Shown: positions 40,864 to 50,602, counted from the stretch's first letter. The stretch: DNA of 58,056 bases from a virus (IMGVR_UViG_3300026097_000001), one strand, 5' to 3'. Made by a program: numbers and translations. Notes: generated by a model not told the origin, from the letters alone.

Positions 40864-41921
40864 AGATTGCTTTTATTAATGATAATCACTTTGGATGTAG
40901 GGGTGATAGCAAGATATTTCTCGATCATCAAGAACGATTCTTTTCAGAAGTATTCTTTCCTTACCTAGATGAGAATAATGTCAAGGTTGTGATGGACCTT
41001 GGTGATACATTTGATAGACGTAAGTATATTAACTACGTTACACTAAAGAGAGCTAAGGAGTTCTTTTTTAGTCAGTTGGCATCTCGAAACATTGAGTACC
41101 ATGCCGTAGTTGGAAATCATAGTGTCTATTTTACGAATACTAACGAAGTAAACTCGATGTCTCTATTGCTTCAAGAGTACGATAACTTTCATATCTATGA
41201 ACACGAGCCAAAGGAGTTGACATTTGGCTCAACTCGGTTTATGATGGTACCGTGGATTACGAAGAACAACCGTGAAACGTGTCACGCTGCGATTTCTGCA
41301 TCAGACGCAAATATCCTTCTCGGCCACTTTGAGATCGAAGGTTTTGAAATGATGAAGGGTACGCTATGCGATCACGGTATGAAGAAGGACACATTTTCTG
41401 GATTTGAAGCTGTGTACTCGGGTCACTTTCACCATCCTTCTGAGTATGGTAACATCAAGTACCTCGGTGCTCAATATGAAATGACATGGAATGACTACGG
41501 CGGACGTAGAGGTTTTCACGTATTCGATACTGAGACTCGTGATATTCAATTCGTTGAGAATCCAAATCGTATCTTCCATAAGATAGAATACGACGATGTT
41601 GATATGACTATCGAGGATATCGCAAAGTTAGATACCGATGTTCTAAAGAATACTTATGTTAAGGTGATTGTGAAGAATAGAACGAACGGTTACCTATATG
41701 ACACTTTCTTAAATAAGATAGCTGATAGTGGTGCTGCTGATGTAAAATCTATTGACGATACTCTTAACCTTGAGTCCTCGGGTATGGACGAGATCCTTGA
41801 TGAAACGCAGGAAACAAAAGATATTCTACATACCTATATCGACTCTATCGAAACGACGATAGAAAAGAAAAAGATCAAAAAAGTTATTGATGAACTATAC
41901 GTAGAGGCAATGAATTTATAA
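40860..41921 (+). CDS. 47: Recombination endonuclease subunit gp47 (Mre11/SbcD)
   Basis: DNHFG, DLGDTFD, GNH, GHF, SGHFH. Confidence 0.95.
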   Translation: MKIAFINDNHFGCRGDSKIFLDHQERFFSEVFFPYLDENNVKVVMDLGDTFDRRKYINYVTLKRAKEFFFSQLASRNIEYHAVVGNHSVYFTNTNEVNSMSLLLQEYDNFHIYEHEPKELTFGSTRFMMVPWITKNNRETCHAAISASDANILLGHFEIEGFEMMKGTLCDHGMKKDTFSGFEAVYSGHFHHPSEYGNIKYLGAQYEMTWNDYGGRRGFHVFDTETRDIQFVENPNRIFHKIEYDDVDMTIEDIAKLDTDVLKNTYVKVIVKNRTNGYLYDTFLNKIADSGAADVKSIDDTLNLESSGMDEILDETQETKDILHTYIDSIETTIEKKKIKKVIDELYVEAMNL

Positions 41922-43633
41922 TGCAGATACAATTTAAAAAGGTACGTTATAAGAATGTGCTATCTACTGGAAATGTATTTACAGAGATCAATCTAAATAA
42001 GAGTAAGACCACTCTTGTAAGTGGATCAAACGGTAGTGGCAAGAGTACAATGCTCGATGCCATTACCTTTGCTCTATACGGTAAGCCGTTTCGTAAAGTA
42101 AACAAACCGCAGCTGATAAACTCTATTAACCAGAAAGAAGCTGTTGTAGAAATAGAATTCTCGGTGTCAGGTAACGAGTATCTTATTCGTCGTGGTATTA
42201 AACCAAATATCTTTGAGATCTATCGTAACGGCGAATTGATTGACCAGGACGCGGCATCAAGGGACTATCAATCTTACTTGGAGCAAAACATTCTTGGTCT
42301 GAACTACAAATCGTTTAATCAGATCGTCGTATTAGGTAGCGCAACGTATGTTCCTTTTATGGAACTACCGGCTCACTCTCGCCGAGAAATCATTGAGGAC
42401 CTACTCGATATTCAGGTCTTTAGTACCATGAACAACCTACTTAAGGACAAGGTATCTACGAACCGTGAGTCTATTACAGAAAATAGGTACCAGATAGACA
42501 TTATACAGTCAAAGATAGAAAGCGCAAAGGAACATAACGACTCCATCGTAAAGATCCGAGAGACTGAAGTAAATAAGATCAAAGAAAAGATCCAGGAACA
42601 CCTTGAAAAGGTCGAAACAGAAAAGACAGAGATCGAAGGAGTAGAAACTTCAATCGCAGAGTTGATTGAGACTATATCTGATAAGCAGACTGTAAAGAAA
42701 CGTCTTGAGAACGGAAAGGCTCTACTTCGAGAGCTGCAGGGTCAATTACAATCGTATGCAAAAGACATAAACTTTTATCACGATAACAATAACTGTCCTA
42801 CCTGTAAGCAGGGTATCGACCACGATTTCAAAGAAAACATTGTTACCGAAAAGAGTAAAAAGGTAGATGAAATCAAGGATGGTATAGAAAATTTATCGGA
42901 AAAGATAAAAGAATACGAAACGAGAGTAGAGGAGATCTCCTTGGTCGAGGACCAGATCCAAGAGAAGAACCTTACGATCGGTGAACATCGTGCTCAGATT
43001 AAAATGTCTATGAACGCATTGAAGTCGTATAAGAAAGAACTTGACGATGCCGAGAAAGAGGTTGAAGAGGTTGACACAAGCAAGCTTGACGGTTATAACA
43101 AGGATCTAAAAACGTTTCAGTCAGAACAGACGAAACTGTTTGATGACCAGGAAACTCTGAGTATCGTAAGCACAATGCTAAAGGATGGTGGTATTAAGAC
43201 GCGAATCATTAAGCAATATATTCCAGTTATGAATAAGCTGATTAACAAATACCTTTCAGCCTTTGAACTATTCGTTGACTTTCACCTAGATGAAAACTTC
43301 AACGAAGTAATTAAATCTCGTTTTCGCGATGCGTTCTCATACTCATCCTTTTCTGAAGGCGAAAAGCTACGCATTACACTCTCTATCATGATGTCGTGGC
43401 GCGCCGTTGCAAAGTTGCGGAACTCTGTATCGACCAACCTTCTTATTCTCGATGAGACTCTCGACGGCGCTATGGATGGTACCGGAGTGGAAAACCTTAT
43501 TGATACTCTGCATAATCTAAATAGTAATGACAATATATTCGTGATCTCGCACCGAGGAGATCAGTTCAGCGAAAAGTTTGAGTCGCATGTACGCTTCGAA
43601 AAAGTTAAGAACTTTAGTCAGATTGCAGCTTAA
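41921..43633 (+). CDS. 46: Recombination ATPase gp46 (Rad50/SbcC)
   Basis: GSNGSGKS, CPTC zinc hook, FSEGEK, LILDE, VISH. Confidence 0.96.
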   Translation: MQIQFKKVRYKNVLSTGNVFTEINLNKSKTTLVSGSNGSGKSTMLDAITFALYGKPFRKVNKPQLINSINQKEAVVEIEFSVSGNEYLIRRGIKPNIFEIYRNGELIDQDAASRDYQSYLEQNILGLNYKSFNQIVVLGSATYVPFMELPAHSRREIIEDLLDIQVFSTMNNLLKDKVSTNRESITENRYQIDIIQSKIESAKEHNDSIVKIRETEVNKIKEKIQEHLEKVETEKTEIEGVETSIAELIETISDKQTVKKRLENGKALLRELQGQLQSYAKDINFYHDNNNCPTCKQGIDHDFKENIVTEKSKKVDEIKDGIENLSEKIKEYETRVEEISLVEDQIQEKNLTIGEHRAQIKMSMNALKSYKKELDDAEKEVEEVDTSKLDGYNKDLKTFQSEQTKLFDDQETLSIVSTMLKDGGIKTRIIKQYIPVMNKLINKYLSAFELFVDFHLDENFNEVIKSRFRDAFSYSSFSEGEKLRITLSIMMSWRAVAKLRNSVSTNLLILDETLDGAMDGTGVENLIDTLHNLNSNDNIFVISHRGDQFSEKFESHVRFEKVKNFSQIAA

Positions 43634-43695
43634 ATTGGTTGACATATGCACTGTAAGGTGTTACTATGGTTTCTATACACTATTAAAGGATACTC

Positions 43696-45186
43696 ATGTC
43701 TAATTTTTATACAAATGTTGAACGTTTTGGTAACAACATCCTATGGCGTGGATATGAAAACGGAAAACCGTTTATTCGTAAGGAAAAGTTTAAACCAGTT
43801 CTGTTCTTGCCAGACAAAGACGGTGAATACCGTTCGCTAATCGGTGATCGCCCTCTGTCTCCTCGGCAATGTCTATCTATGTCAGAGGCAAAGGAGTTTA
43901 TCGAACAGCATAAGGACGTACATGGTTTTGAAATGTATGGAAATACAAACTATGTAGCTCAGTTCATTCAACAAAAATATCCAGGTGATATTAAGTTTGA
44001 TATGAAAAAGATTAACATCATGTCTTTTGACATCGAGGTCGATATCAGCGACGGATACGCAAATATCGATGAAGCTGATAAAGAGATTACTTCTATCTCA
44101 ATGAAGTCTTCAAAGACAAGTACGTACCATCTCTTGGCTCGTAAGGACTATGATAAGACAAAAACTATCACTGGCATCGACCCAGACGATATTCAATTTA
44201 TGGAGTTTGATACTGAACAAGCAATGCTTCAGCGTTTTATTCAGATTTGGATGAACGACTATCCTGAGGTTATTACAGGTTGGAACGTTGAATACTTTGA
44301 TATTATGTATGTTGTTACACGTATCATTCGACTGTTTGGTGAAGAAAAGGCAAAGCAGCTGTCTCCTTGGAGAAACATACGCATGAAAACGCGTGAGATC
44401 TTTGGAAAACCTGCTTCCACTTATCAAATTACCGGTATGACAGTAATCGACTATATGGACGCGTTTAAAAAGTTTGGTTATAAGTACGGTCCTCAAGAGT
44501 CATATAAACTCGACCATATCGCATATGTAATCCTTGGAGAAAAGAAACTCGATTATTCAGAGTACGGTGATCTTACGACTCTATATGAAAAGAACCCTCA
44601 GTTGTATCTCGACTATAACCTTAAGGACACTCATCTTATTCAGAGAATGGAAGATGAAACGTCTCTACTTCAGTTAGTTATGACCGTTGCTTACGGTGGC
44701 GGAGTAAACTTCGGAGATGCATTCGGTACCGTTGGTATCTGGGAAACGACTCTCTATCGCAAACTGATTCAGGAAAAGAGAGTACCTCACGTTAAGGGTG
44801 GACCAGGACAACGTGCTGGCGATCTCGTCGGTGGTTATGTAAAGGACCCAAAGGTCGGTATGCATCCTTGGATCGTCTCCTTCGATCTAAACTCACTATA
44901 TCCACACCTAATGCTTCAGTACAACATGTCTCCTGAGACGTATATGAAGGATGAACGTGACTATGTCTCTCAAGATATGGTATTGGATGGTAATTACCAA
45001 AACCAAAAGTCTGATGTTTCGGTCGCGGCAAACGGCGCGTGTTTTACAAACAAACATATCGGTATCATTCCCGAGATCATTGACGAGTACTACGGTAATC
45101 GTAAAATTATCAAGAAAGAAATGTTGGAGGTTGAGCAGGAGATCGAAAAAATTAAAGAAGAGATAAATCGTAGAAAAGTTGCATAA
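43696..45186 (+). CDS. 43: DNA polymerase gp43, N-terminal subunit (exonuclease to first finger helix)
   Basis: FDIEV, TGWN..YFD, DYN..D, SFDLNSLYP; stops in fingers domain. Confidence 0.95.
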   Translation: MSNFYTNVERFGNNILWRGYENGKPFIRKEKFKPVLFLPDKDGEYRSLIGDRPLSPRQCLSMSEAKEFIEQHKDVHGFEMYGNTNYVAQFIQQKYPGDIKFDMKKINIMSFDIEVDISDGYANIDEADKEITSISMKSSKTSTYHLLARKDYDKTKTITGIDPDDIQFMEFDTEQAMLQRFIQIWMNDYPEVITGWNVEYFDIMYVVTRIIRLFGEEKAKQLSPWRNIRMKTREIFGKPASTYQITGMTVIDYMDAFKKFGYKYGPQESYKLDHIAYVILGEKKLDYSEYGDLTTLYEKNPQLYLDYNLKDTHLIQRMEDETSLLQLVMTVAYGGGVNFGDAFGTVGIWETTLYRKLIQEKRVPHVKGGPGQRAGDLVGGYVKDPKVGMHPWIVSFDLNSLYPHLMLQYNMSPETYMKDERDYVSQDMVLDGNYQNQKSDVSVAANGACFTNKHIGIIPEIIDEYYGNRKIIKKEMLEVEQEIEKIKEEINRRKVA

Positions 45187-45221
45187 AAATAAAAATTGTT
45201 ATGAACTCTCTTGCTTTTCAT

Positions 45222-45229
45222 TATAAATA
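45222..45229 (+). promoter_or_regulatory. T4-type late promoter for homing endonuclease
   Basis: Exact TATAAATA. Confidence 0.7.
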
Positions 45230-45251
45230 AAATTGTAATGAACAAACCTAG

Positions 45252-46001
45252 TTGGAGAAAAACGTGTCAAAATATTCAGAGCAGTTAACTAGCAACTATG
45301 ATATGGTTGTTAAAGAAATACAAGATGGTGAAAGTCTTAGGCACGTTTGCGAAGTAAACGATTTGAATTACTTCGCGTTCTACAATAAAATAAAGAAAGA
45401 AAACCCAGGTATACTTAAAAGAAACTGGAGCTCAGAAGCCAAAAGAAAAAGATATTCTGAGATACATAAGATTAAGTTGGATGAAGTGGCTATTATAGAC
45501 ATGTATAAAAATAAAAAAATGTCAGCTAAAAAAATAGCAGGCGAATTCGGGGTTGTTCAAAATACCATACTTAGAATTCTACGTGAAAACGACGTCCCTA
45601 AAAATAATCAAAGCTTATATTGGACAGAAGAGAAGAGAGAGCGCCAGCGACAATTATGTTATGATGGAATTATTGGCGTGCATGCCCAGGGTGACGGTGC
45701 GTATAGATTTACAAAACCAGAGCGCCAATTCGCATCGTGGTGCAAAGAGCATAACATACAATATGAAAGGCAGTATCAAATAGATAAAGGAATGCATCGC
45801 TACGATTTTAAAATATTAGGAACAAACATATTAGTTGAGATTGATGGCGAGTACTGGCATAGTTCAACAGAACAAAAGAAAAAGGATAGAGAATTTGAAG
45901 GGCAGGCCGCTGAAAACGGGTTGACAGTTTTGCGTTTTAGTGATATAGTGATTAACAATACAAAAACCAAATGCTTTGAAGAACTTTTTAAATATGTATG
46001 A
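45252..46001 (+). mobile_element. Free-standing homing endonuclease (HTH plus DUF559/Vsr-like) between gp43 halves
   Basis: SAKKIAGEFGVVQNTILRIL HTH; RYDF...LVEIDGEYWH...KKD......GLTVLRF. Confidence 0.82.
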
Positions 46002-46158
46002 AAAAGATTTAAAATACTTGAGGAACGAAAAGCAATACATTGATAAAGCTTCATTTCTTGTTGAAAGAGGATATATTTCAAATAAATCAATTGACGAGTT
46101 GGCGTATGAAATATTTGTAAAGGAAAAGAATGATGAATCTCAAAAATCTAAGCAATGA
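45994..46158 (+). CDS. Small hypothetical protein between gp43 halves
   Basis: MYEKDLKYLRNEKQYIDKASFLVERGYI...; overlaps both neighbours. Confidence 0.5.
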   Translation: MYEKDLKYLRNEKQYIDKASFLVERGYISNKSIDELAYEIFVKEKNDESQKSKQ

Positions 46159-47230
46159 AGAACTCGAAGATCTTCTGGCTGAAAAGCAACGGCAAGCAAA
46201 CCAATTACACAACGGTCAGATGGCGATTAAAATTTCGCTAAACTCGCTTTATGGCGCGATGGCAAACATTTACTTCCTATACTATATTAATGACATGGCT
46301 GAAGCTATCACTACATCCGGTCAGTTGTCTATTCGATATGCTCAGAAGTCCGTAAACGATTATATGAATAAGATCCTTAAGACGGATAACGACTACATCG
46401 TTTATATCGACACTGACTCCATCTATGTTGACATGTCTCCCATCGTCGAGTCTGCCTTTGGTACTATTGACGTTGATCGTAAGAAGGGTGAAGAGTTCCT
46501 TGATAAAGTTTGCCAAATGAAGATCGAGCCAATCATTGAAGCAGGTTACGAAGAGCTTGCCAAAAAGATGGGCGCATATCGCCAGGCAATGTTTATGAAA
46601 CGCGAAAAGATTACTGATAAGTCGGTGTTTATCGCAAAGAAACGTTACATTATGAATACTCTCAACTCTGAAGGTGTTCACTACGAAAAGCCAAAGATCT
46701 CGGTAACCGGTTTGGAGTCTGTTCGATCCTCAACTCCTGAGGTATGTCGTGAAAAGATGAAAGAAGCCTTTGAAGTTATTATGCAGGGTACTGAGACCGA
46801 CGTTCAGAACTTTATCGCAGACTTTAGGACGGAGTTCTATAACCTTCCTCCTGAGTCTGTCGGCCGTAACTCTGGTACAGACAACATCGAAAAGTACATG
46901 TCTATGGGAACCTACAAGAAGGGTTGTCCTATGCACGTTCGCGGCGCAATCCTATACAACAAGTTTCTTAAGGAAAAGAAATTGAACAAAACGTACGAGG
47001 CTGTAAGAAGCGGCGATAAGATCAAATTCGTATATCTAAAACTTCCAAATCCACTGCGTGAAAATATCATTTCGTTTCCAAACGTATTGCCAAAACAGTT
47101 AGGATTAGACGAATATGTAGATTATGAAACACAATTTAGCAAAGTATTCCTCGGCCCAGTTGAAAGCATTCTTGAAGCAATTGGATGGCATGCCGAGAAA
47201 AAGGATACCCTTGAAAGTTTTTTCATGTAG
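46130..47230 (+). CDS. 43: DNA polymerase gp43, C-terminal subunit
   Basis: KISLNSLYG, YIDTDS, KKRY; own AAGGA RBS. Confidence 0.95.
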   Translation: MMNLKNLSNEELEDLLAEKQRQANQLHNGQMAIKISLNSLYGAMANIYFLYYINDMAEAITTSGQLSIRYAQKSVNDYMNKILKTDNDYIVYIDTDSIYVDMSPIVESAFGTIDVDRKKGEEFLDKVCQMKIEPIIEAGYEELAKKMGAYRQAMFMKREKITDKSVFIAKKRYIMNTLNSEGVHYEKPKISVTGLESVRSSTPEVCREKMKEAFEVIMQGTETDVQNFIADFRTEFYNLPPESVGRNSGTDNIEKYMSMGTYKKGCPMHVRGAILYNKFLKEKKLNKTYEAVRSGDKIKFVYLKLPNPLRENIISFPNVLPKQLGLDEYVDYETQFSKVFLGPVESILEAIGWHAEKKDTLESFFM

Positions 47231-47241
47231 GAGAAAAACAA

Positions 47242-47439
47242 ATGAATAATGAAGACAGGATACATCGTATTCGATTGCTTGAGAAACGCCACAAGCAATT
47301 ACATAATAAGATAGAAGTACTTGAGGTTGAAAAGGCACCTGAGGCATATATCAAGAAAGCAAAAGTTGAAAAACTAAAAGTAAAAGATGAGATAGCTGCA
47401 CTTAAAGAATATTTGACACTATCAAAATTTAATGGTTGA
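47242..47439 (+). CDS. DUF465/YdcH-like small coiled-coil protein
   Basis: LEKRHKQLHNKI...KVEKLKVKDEI. Confidence 0.7.
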   Translation: MNNEDRIHRIRLLEKRHKQLHNKIEVLEVEKAPEAYIKKAKVEKLKVKDEIAALKEYLTLSKFNG

Positions 47440-47493
47440 CAAAACTGCAGTTATGTGATATACTATGAACTATACAACAATGGAGAATATACT

Positions 47494-47904
47494 ATGAGCG
47501 ATTGGGCAAACGATATCTATATGATGCACAGTAAGTTTGGTGTGCATGAATGGTTCGAAGAAAACAAACACGATAAAGATCTGATGGATAAGTACCTTCG
47601 GTTCCGTCTATCTATGTGCAAAGAAGAACTTGATGAGTCTCTCGACGCTGTTGAAGCAAAGGACCCTGAAGAAGTTGTTGATGGTCTTATTGACCTCTGT
47701 GTGTTTGCTATCGGTACTCTTGATGTATTTGGAGTGGATCCTAACGAAGCATGGGATCGCGTATATGAAGCAAACACTTCAAAGGAAGTTGGTGTAAAGG
47801 ACGGCCGACCAAACAAATTCGGACTTCCGGACCTTATTAAGCCGGAGGGGTGGGTTCCACCAGACCATACCGGAAACCACGGCGATATTGATAAAGCAAT
47901 GTAA
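47494..47904 (+). CDS. MazG-like all-alpha NTP pyrophosphatase
   Basis: EELDE, EVVDGLIDL, EANTSK, DLIKPEGW; start set after GGAGA. Confidence 0.85.
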   Translation: MSDWANDIYMMHSKFGVHEWFEENKHDKDLMDKYLRFRLSMCKEELDESLDAVEAKDPEEVVDGLIDLCVFAIGTLDVFGVDPNEAWDRVYEANTSKEVGVKDGRPNKFGLPDLIKPEGWVPPDHTGNHGDIDKAM

Positions 47905-47959
47905 CAAGAATGTTTATTATAGGAAACAAAGGAATGTTTTAGTACTTAATTATAATTTG

Positions 47960-47994
47960 CATGTTACAAAACCTTAACACGATTGTTACAAAAG
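47960..47994 (+). promoter_or_regulatory. Pho-box-like direct repeats upstream of pstS
   Basis: TGTTACAAAA twice, 22 nt apart, with CTTAACACGA between (11-nt phase). Confidence 0.55.
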
Positions 47995-48064
47995 CATGAT
48001 ATATAGTATAGTATGGGGGCGGCAAGGGTGCCGCCTCATTAATGTTTTAGGAAAGGAATTCCAA

Positions 48065-49039
48065 TTGAAGAATCTTATTTTAGCTGCGGGTATTGCATTG
48101 ACTGCAACGACCGTATCAGCAAGAGACAATATCCAAATCGCAGGTTCGTCAACTGTTCTGCCATACGCATCAATCGTAGCAGAAGCATTTGGTGAGAACT
48201 TTGACTATCCAACGCCAGTTGTTGAGTCGGGTGGATCAAGCGCAGGTATGAAACGTTTTTGCCAAGGCGTAGGTGAAAACACAATTGACATCGCAAACTC
48301 AAGTCGTCCTATCAAACCTAAAGAAGTCAAGGTTTGTGCAGACAATGGCGTAACAGAAATTACAGAAGTTATGTTTGGTTATGATGGCATCGTATTTGCC
48401 AACTCTATTGAAGACCAACGTTTCGCATTTACACCAGAACACATCTATCTTGCACTCAACAATCGCAGTGAACTAACAACATGGGATCAAGTGGATCCAG
48501 GTTTCCCAGCGTATGAAATCAAAATGTTCATTCCAGGCACGAAGCATGGAACACGTGAAGTATTTGAAGAAAAGGTTCTGTTGGTAGGCTGTGAAGCAGT
48601 AGGTGACTTTGAGAAGTTTGAAGCAGCCCACGGTGAAGACGAAGCAGAATCTATGTGCATGGATACACGTACAGATGGACGTAGCATTGATATTGATGGT
48701 GACTATACAGAGACATTGGCAAACATTAATGCTAACCAAAACTCGTTTGGTGTATTTGGACTAGCGTTCTATGAGAACAACACAGACACTATCGAAGTAG
48801 CAACCATCAATGGTGTTCGTCCAAGCGCAAGCACCGTCGCAAGTGCTGAGTATCCAGTTAGCCGGCCATTGTTCTTCTATGTCAAAGACGCACACGCAGA
48901 CACGATCCCAGGATTGTATGACTATGTTCGTTTCTTTGTAGCAGACATGGTAGCAGGCCCAGATGGTCCACTGGCACAATATGGATTGGTTAGCGATCCA
49001 GAACTTGCTAAAACGCAAGCAAGCGTAGAAGGTAAGTAA
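48065..49039 (+). CDS. pstS: Phosphate ABC transporter substrate-binding protein
   Basis: Signal peptide (TTG start after AAGGAA), IAGSSTV, GGSSAG, DIANSSR, YPVSRPLFFYV. Confidence 0.95.
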   Translation: MKNLILAAGIALTATTVSARDNIQIAGSSTVLPYASIVAEAFGENFDYPTPVVESGGSSAGMKRFCQGVGENTIDIANSSRPIKPKEVKVCADNGVTEITEVMFGYDGIVFANSIEDQRFAFTPEHIYLALNNRSELTTWDQVDPGFPAYEIKMFIPGTKHGTREVFEEKVLLVGCEAVGDFEKFEAAHGEDEAESMCMDTRTDGRSIDIDGDYTETLANINANQNSFGVFGLAFYENNTDTIEVATINGVRPSASTVASAEYPVSRPLFFYVKDAHADTIPGLYDYVRFFVADMVAGPDGPLAQYGLVSDPELAKTQASVEGK

Positions 49040-49094
49040 GTAACATTGTGTTACATGTTATCGTTAACATAGTGTGATAGCGCTAACAATTATT

Positions 49095-49137
49095 TCTCCT
49101 ACCGATAAATAAGATTACAATCGGTAGGAGATTTTTT
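49095..49137 (+). terminator. Hairpin plus U-tract after pstS that also sequesters the next RBS
   Basis: TCTCCTACCGAT/ATCGGTAGGAGA 12-bp perfect stem then TTTTTT-ATG. Confidence 0.7.
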
Positions 49138-49368
49138 ATGTGCAGCCCATATGTTCGTCGAGAAGCTAATAGATTTTATTGGATTGTAAAGGGGCAACTC
49201 ATCCCAACCGGCTGGTCAGATAAAGAAGTCCAAGGTATATACGATAGCTACATGAAACGAATATGGGGTAACCACGAAAACGTTGTTCATGAAAAGGGTT
49301 TTACAACAGCCTGGGCAGCGAGAGAAGCAGAAGAAATAAATAAAGTTGCTGTTTTAGGATATAACTAA
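49138..49368 (+). CDS. Hypothetical protein
   Basis: 76 aa with AGGAGA RBS. Confidence 0.7.
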   Translation: MCSPYVRREANRFYWIVKGQLIPTGWSDKEVQGIYDSYMKRIWGNHENVVHEKGFTTAWAAREAEEINKVAVLGYN

Positions 49369-49377
49369 AAAATATCT

Positions 49378-49440
49378 ATTGACATTTGGTTTAGAATCAG
49401 TTATATTGATTATATCAAATGAAAAAGGAACTACACTATG
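49378..49440 (+). repeat. 63-bp promoter-RBS-ATG cassette, copy 1
   Basis: Identical to 50540-50602 except one base. Confidence 0.92.
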
Positions 49441-49716
49441 CTTCTATCAAATGGCTCGATGATTAAACAAGACGTTATCCAATCCTTCAACGTTGCTGTA
49501 GAAAATCCAGACAATGTAAACGATAATGGTTCTATTAACTGGGACTTCGTATCTGCGGATATGGTATATGATCTTGGTTCATTTTATAACTACAATTACA
49601 TTAACGATTGCATGGATGCCTTGGCAGATAACTACGAAGGCGAAGATCTACTTACTCAGTACCCCAATGCCGTAGAGCAACTTAACATTTTAAAATCAGA
49701 TTTTCTTGGAATGTAA
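49438..49716 (+). CDS. Hypothetical early protein
   Basis: 92 aa; starts at cassette ATG. Confidence 0.75.
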   Translation: MLLSNGSMIKQDVIQSFNVAVENPDNVNDNGSINWDFVSADMVYDLGSFYNYNYINDCMDALADNYEGEDLLTQYPNAVEQLNILKSDFLGM

Positions 49717-49717
49717 T

Positions 49718-49984
49718 ATGAGATACTGTGACAAGTCAGAAACTTTTGAATACGGCGAAAGAGTATATGATGTTTCTATTGAATCGTTAGATAGACGACA
49801 CGGAGGTCCCTTTGATCGTGGATCTGCGGATAGTTACTATGGTCGTCAATGCATCCCACATTACTTCGTCGGTGGTACATATATGAGCGATATGATTACG
49901 GATCTCACTGATGTTGAGCGCCAAGCATATATAGCTGGTTACGAATTCAATGAGAATATTGAAATGTCATTTAAAGAGTGGTAA
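49718..49984 (+). CDS. Hypothetical protein
   Basis: RHGGPFDRGSADSYYGR motif seen in phage small proteins. Confidence 0.7.
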   Translation: MRYCDKSETFEYGERVYDVSIESLDRRHGGPFDRGSADSYYGRQCIPHYFVGGTYMSDMITDLTDVERQAYIAGYEFNENIEMSFKEW

Positions 49985-50018
49985 TAAAAAAGAGCGGACA
50001 CTACATCCGCTCTTTCTT

Positions 50019-50246
50019 TTAATTTATATTGGGCAACTTGCCTGTGGATAACACATGATAAGCATAATGTTTATCCTTTTTGTATTCTACTTCGGCCCAT
50101 GTTCTGAGGGCAGAGTCGTAACCACCTTTTGGTATACGAACTCCCATCATTACAAGGCCCAAAGCTTCTGCTATCTTGGACATTGAAGTCTCCTTATATA
50201 AGAGTGTAATGATGCTTTTTATGGCGAGCGCCCCTTGTCTTTTCAA
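50019..50246 (-). CDS. Hypothetical protein (likely start ATG 50180)
   Basis: GGAG RBS before MSKIAEALG; TATAAATA at 50278-50285. Confidence 0.55.
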   Translation of the reverse strand: MKRQGALAIKSIITLLYKETSMSKIAEALGLVMMGVRIPKGGYDSALRTWAEVEYKKDKHYAYHVLSTGKLPNIN

Positions 50247-50301
50247 GGTGTCAGGTTAGAGCGTATCGTACCAACAATATTTATACATAAAGGAATTTAT
50301 T

Positions 50302-50544
50302 ATGACTCCAATTGAAATTTCGGAATATAAAAATAGGTGGATGAGATCTGGAAATAATTATCCAATAGACATCCATTCTGATTTAAGATCTAAAGCGGTT
50401 GATTACTGTAAAGTCCAGCTGTTAAAGCACCAATGGAAGCATCAAAAATATACTGATGTATATCAGGATACATTCTACTTTGAACATCATCAAGATGCAA
50501 ACTCTTTTTCTAAATATTTTAAAGACTGGGTAATTAACCATTGA
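50302..50544 (+). CDS. Hypothetical protein
   Basis: 80 aa with AAGGA RBS. Confidence 0.7.
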   Translation: MTPIEISEYKNRWMRSGNNYPIDIHSDLRSKAVDYCKVQLLKHQWKHQKYTDVYQDTFYFEHHQDANSFSKYFKDWVINH

Positions 50545-50602
50545 CATTTGGTCTAGAATCAGTTATATTGATTATATCAAATGAAAAAGGAACTACACTA
50601 TG
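50540..50602 (+). repeat. 63-bp promoter-RBS-ATG cassette, copy 2
   Basis: See copy 1. Confidence 0.92.

Noticed and set aside
45187-46129. Group I intron, intein or sequencing frameshift interrupting gp43
   Set aside because: Only 65 nt separate the gp43A stop from the endonuclease, with no intron core; gp43B has its own RBS; the break matches the known natural split position.
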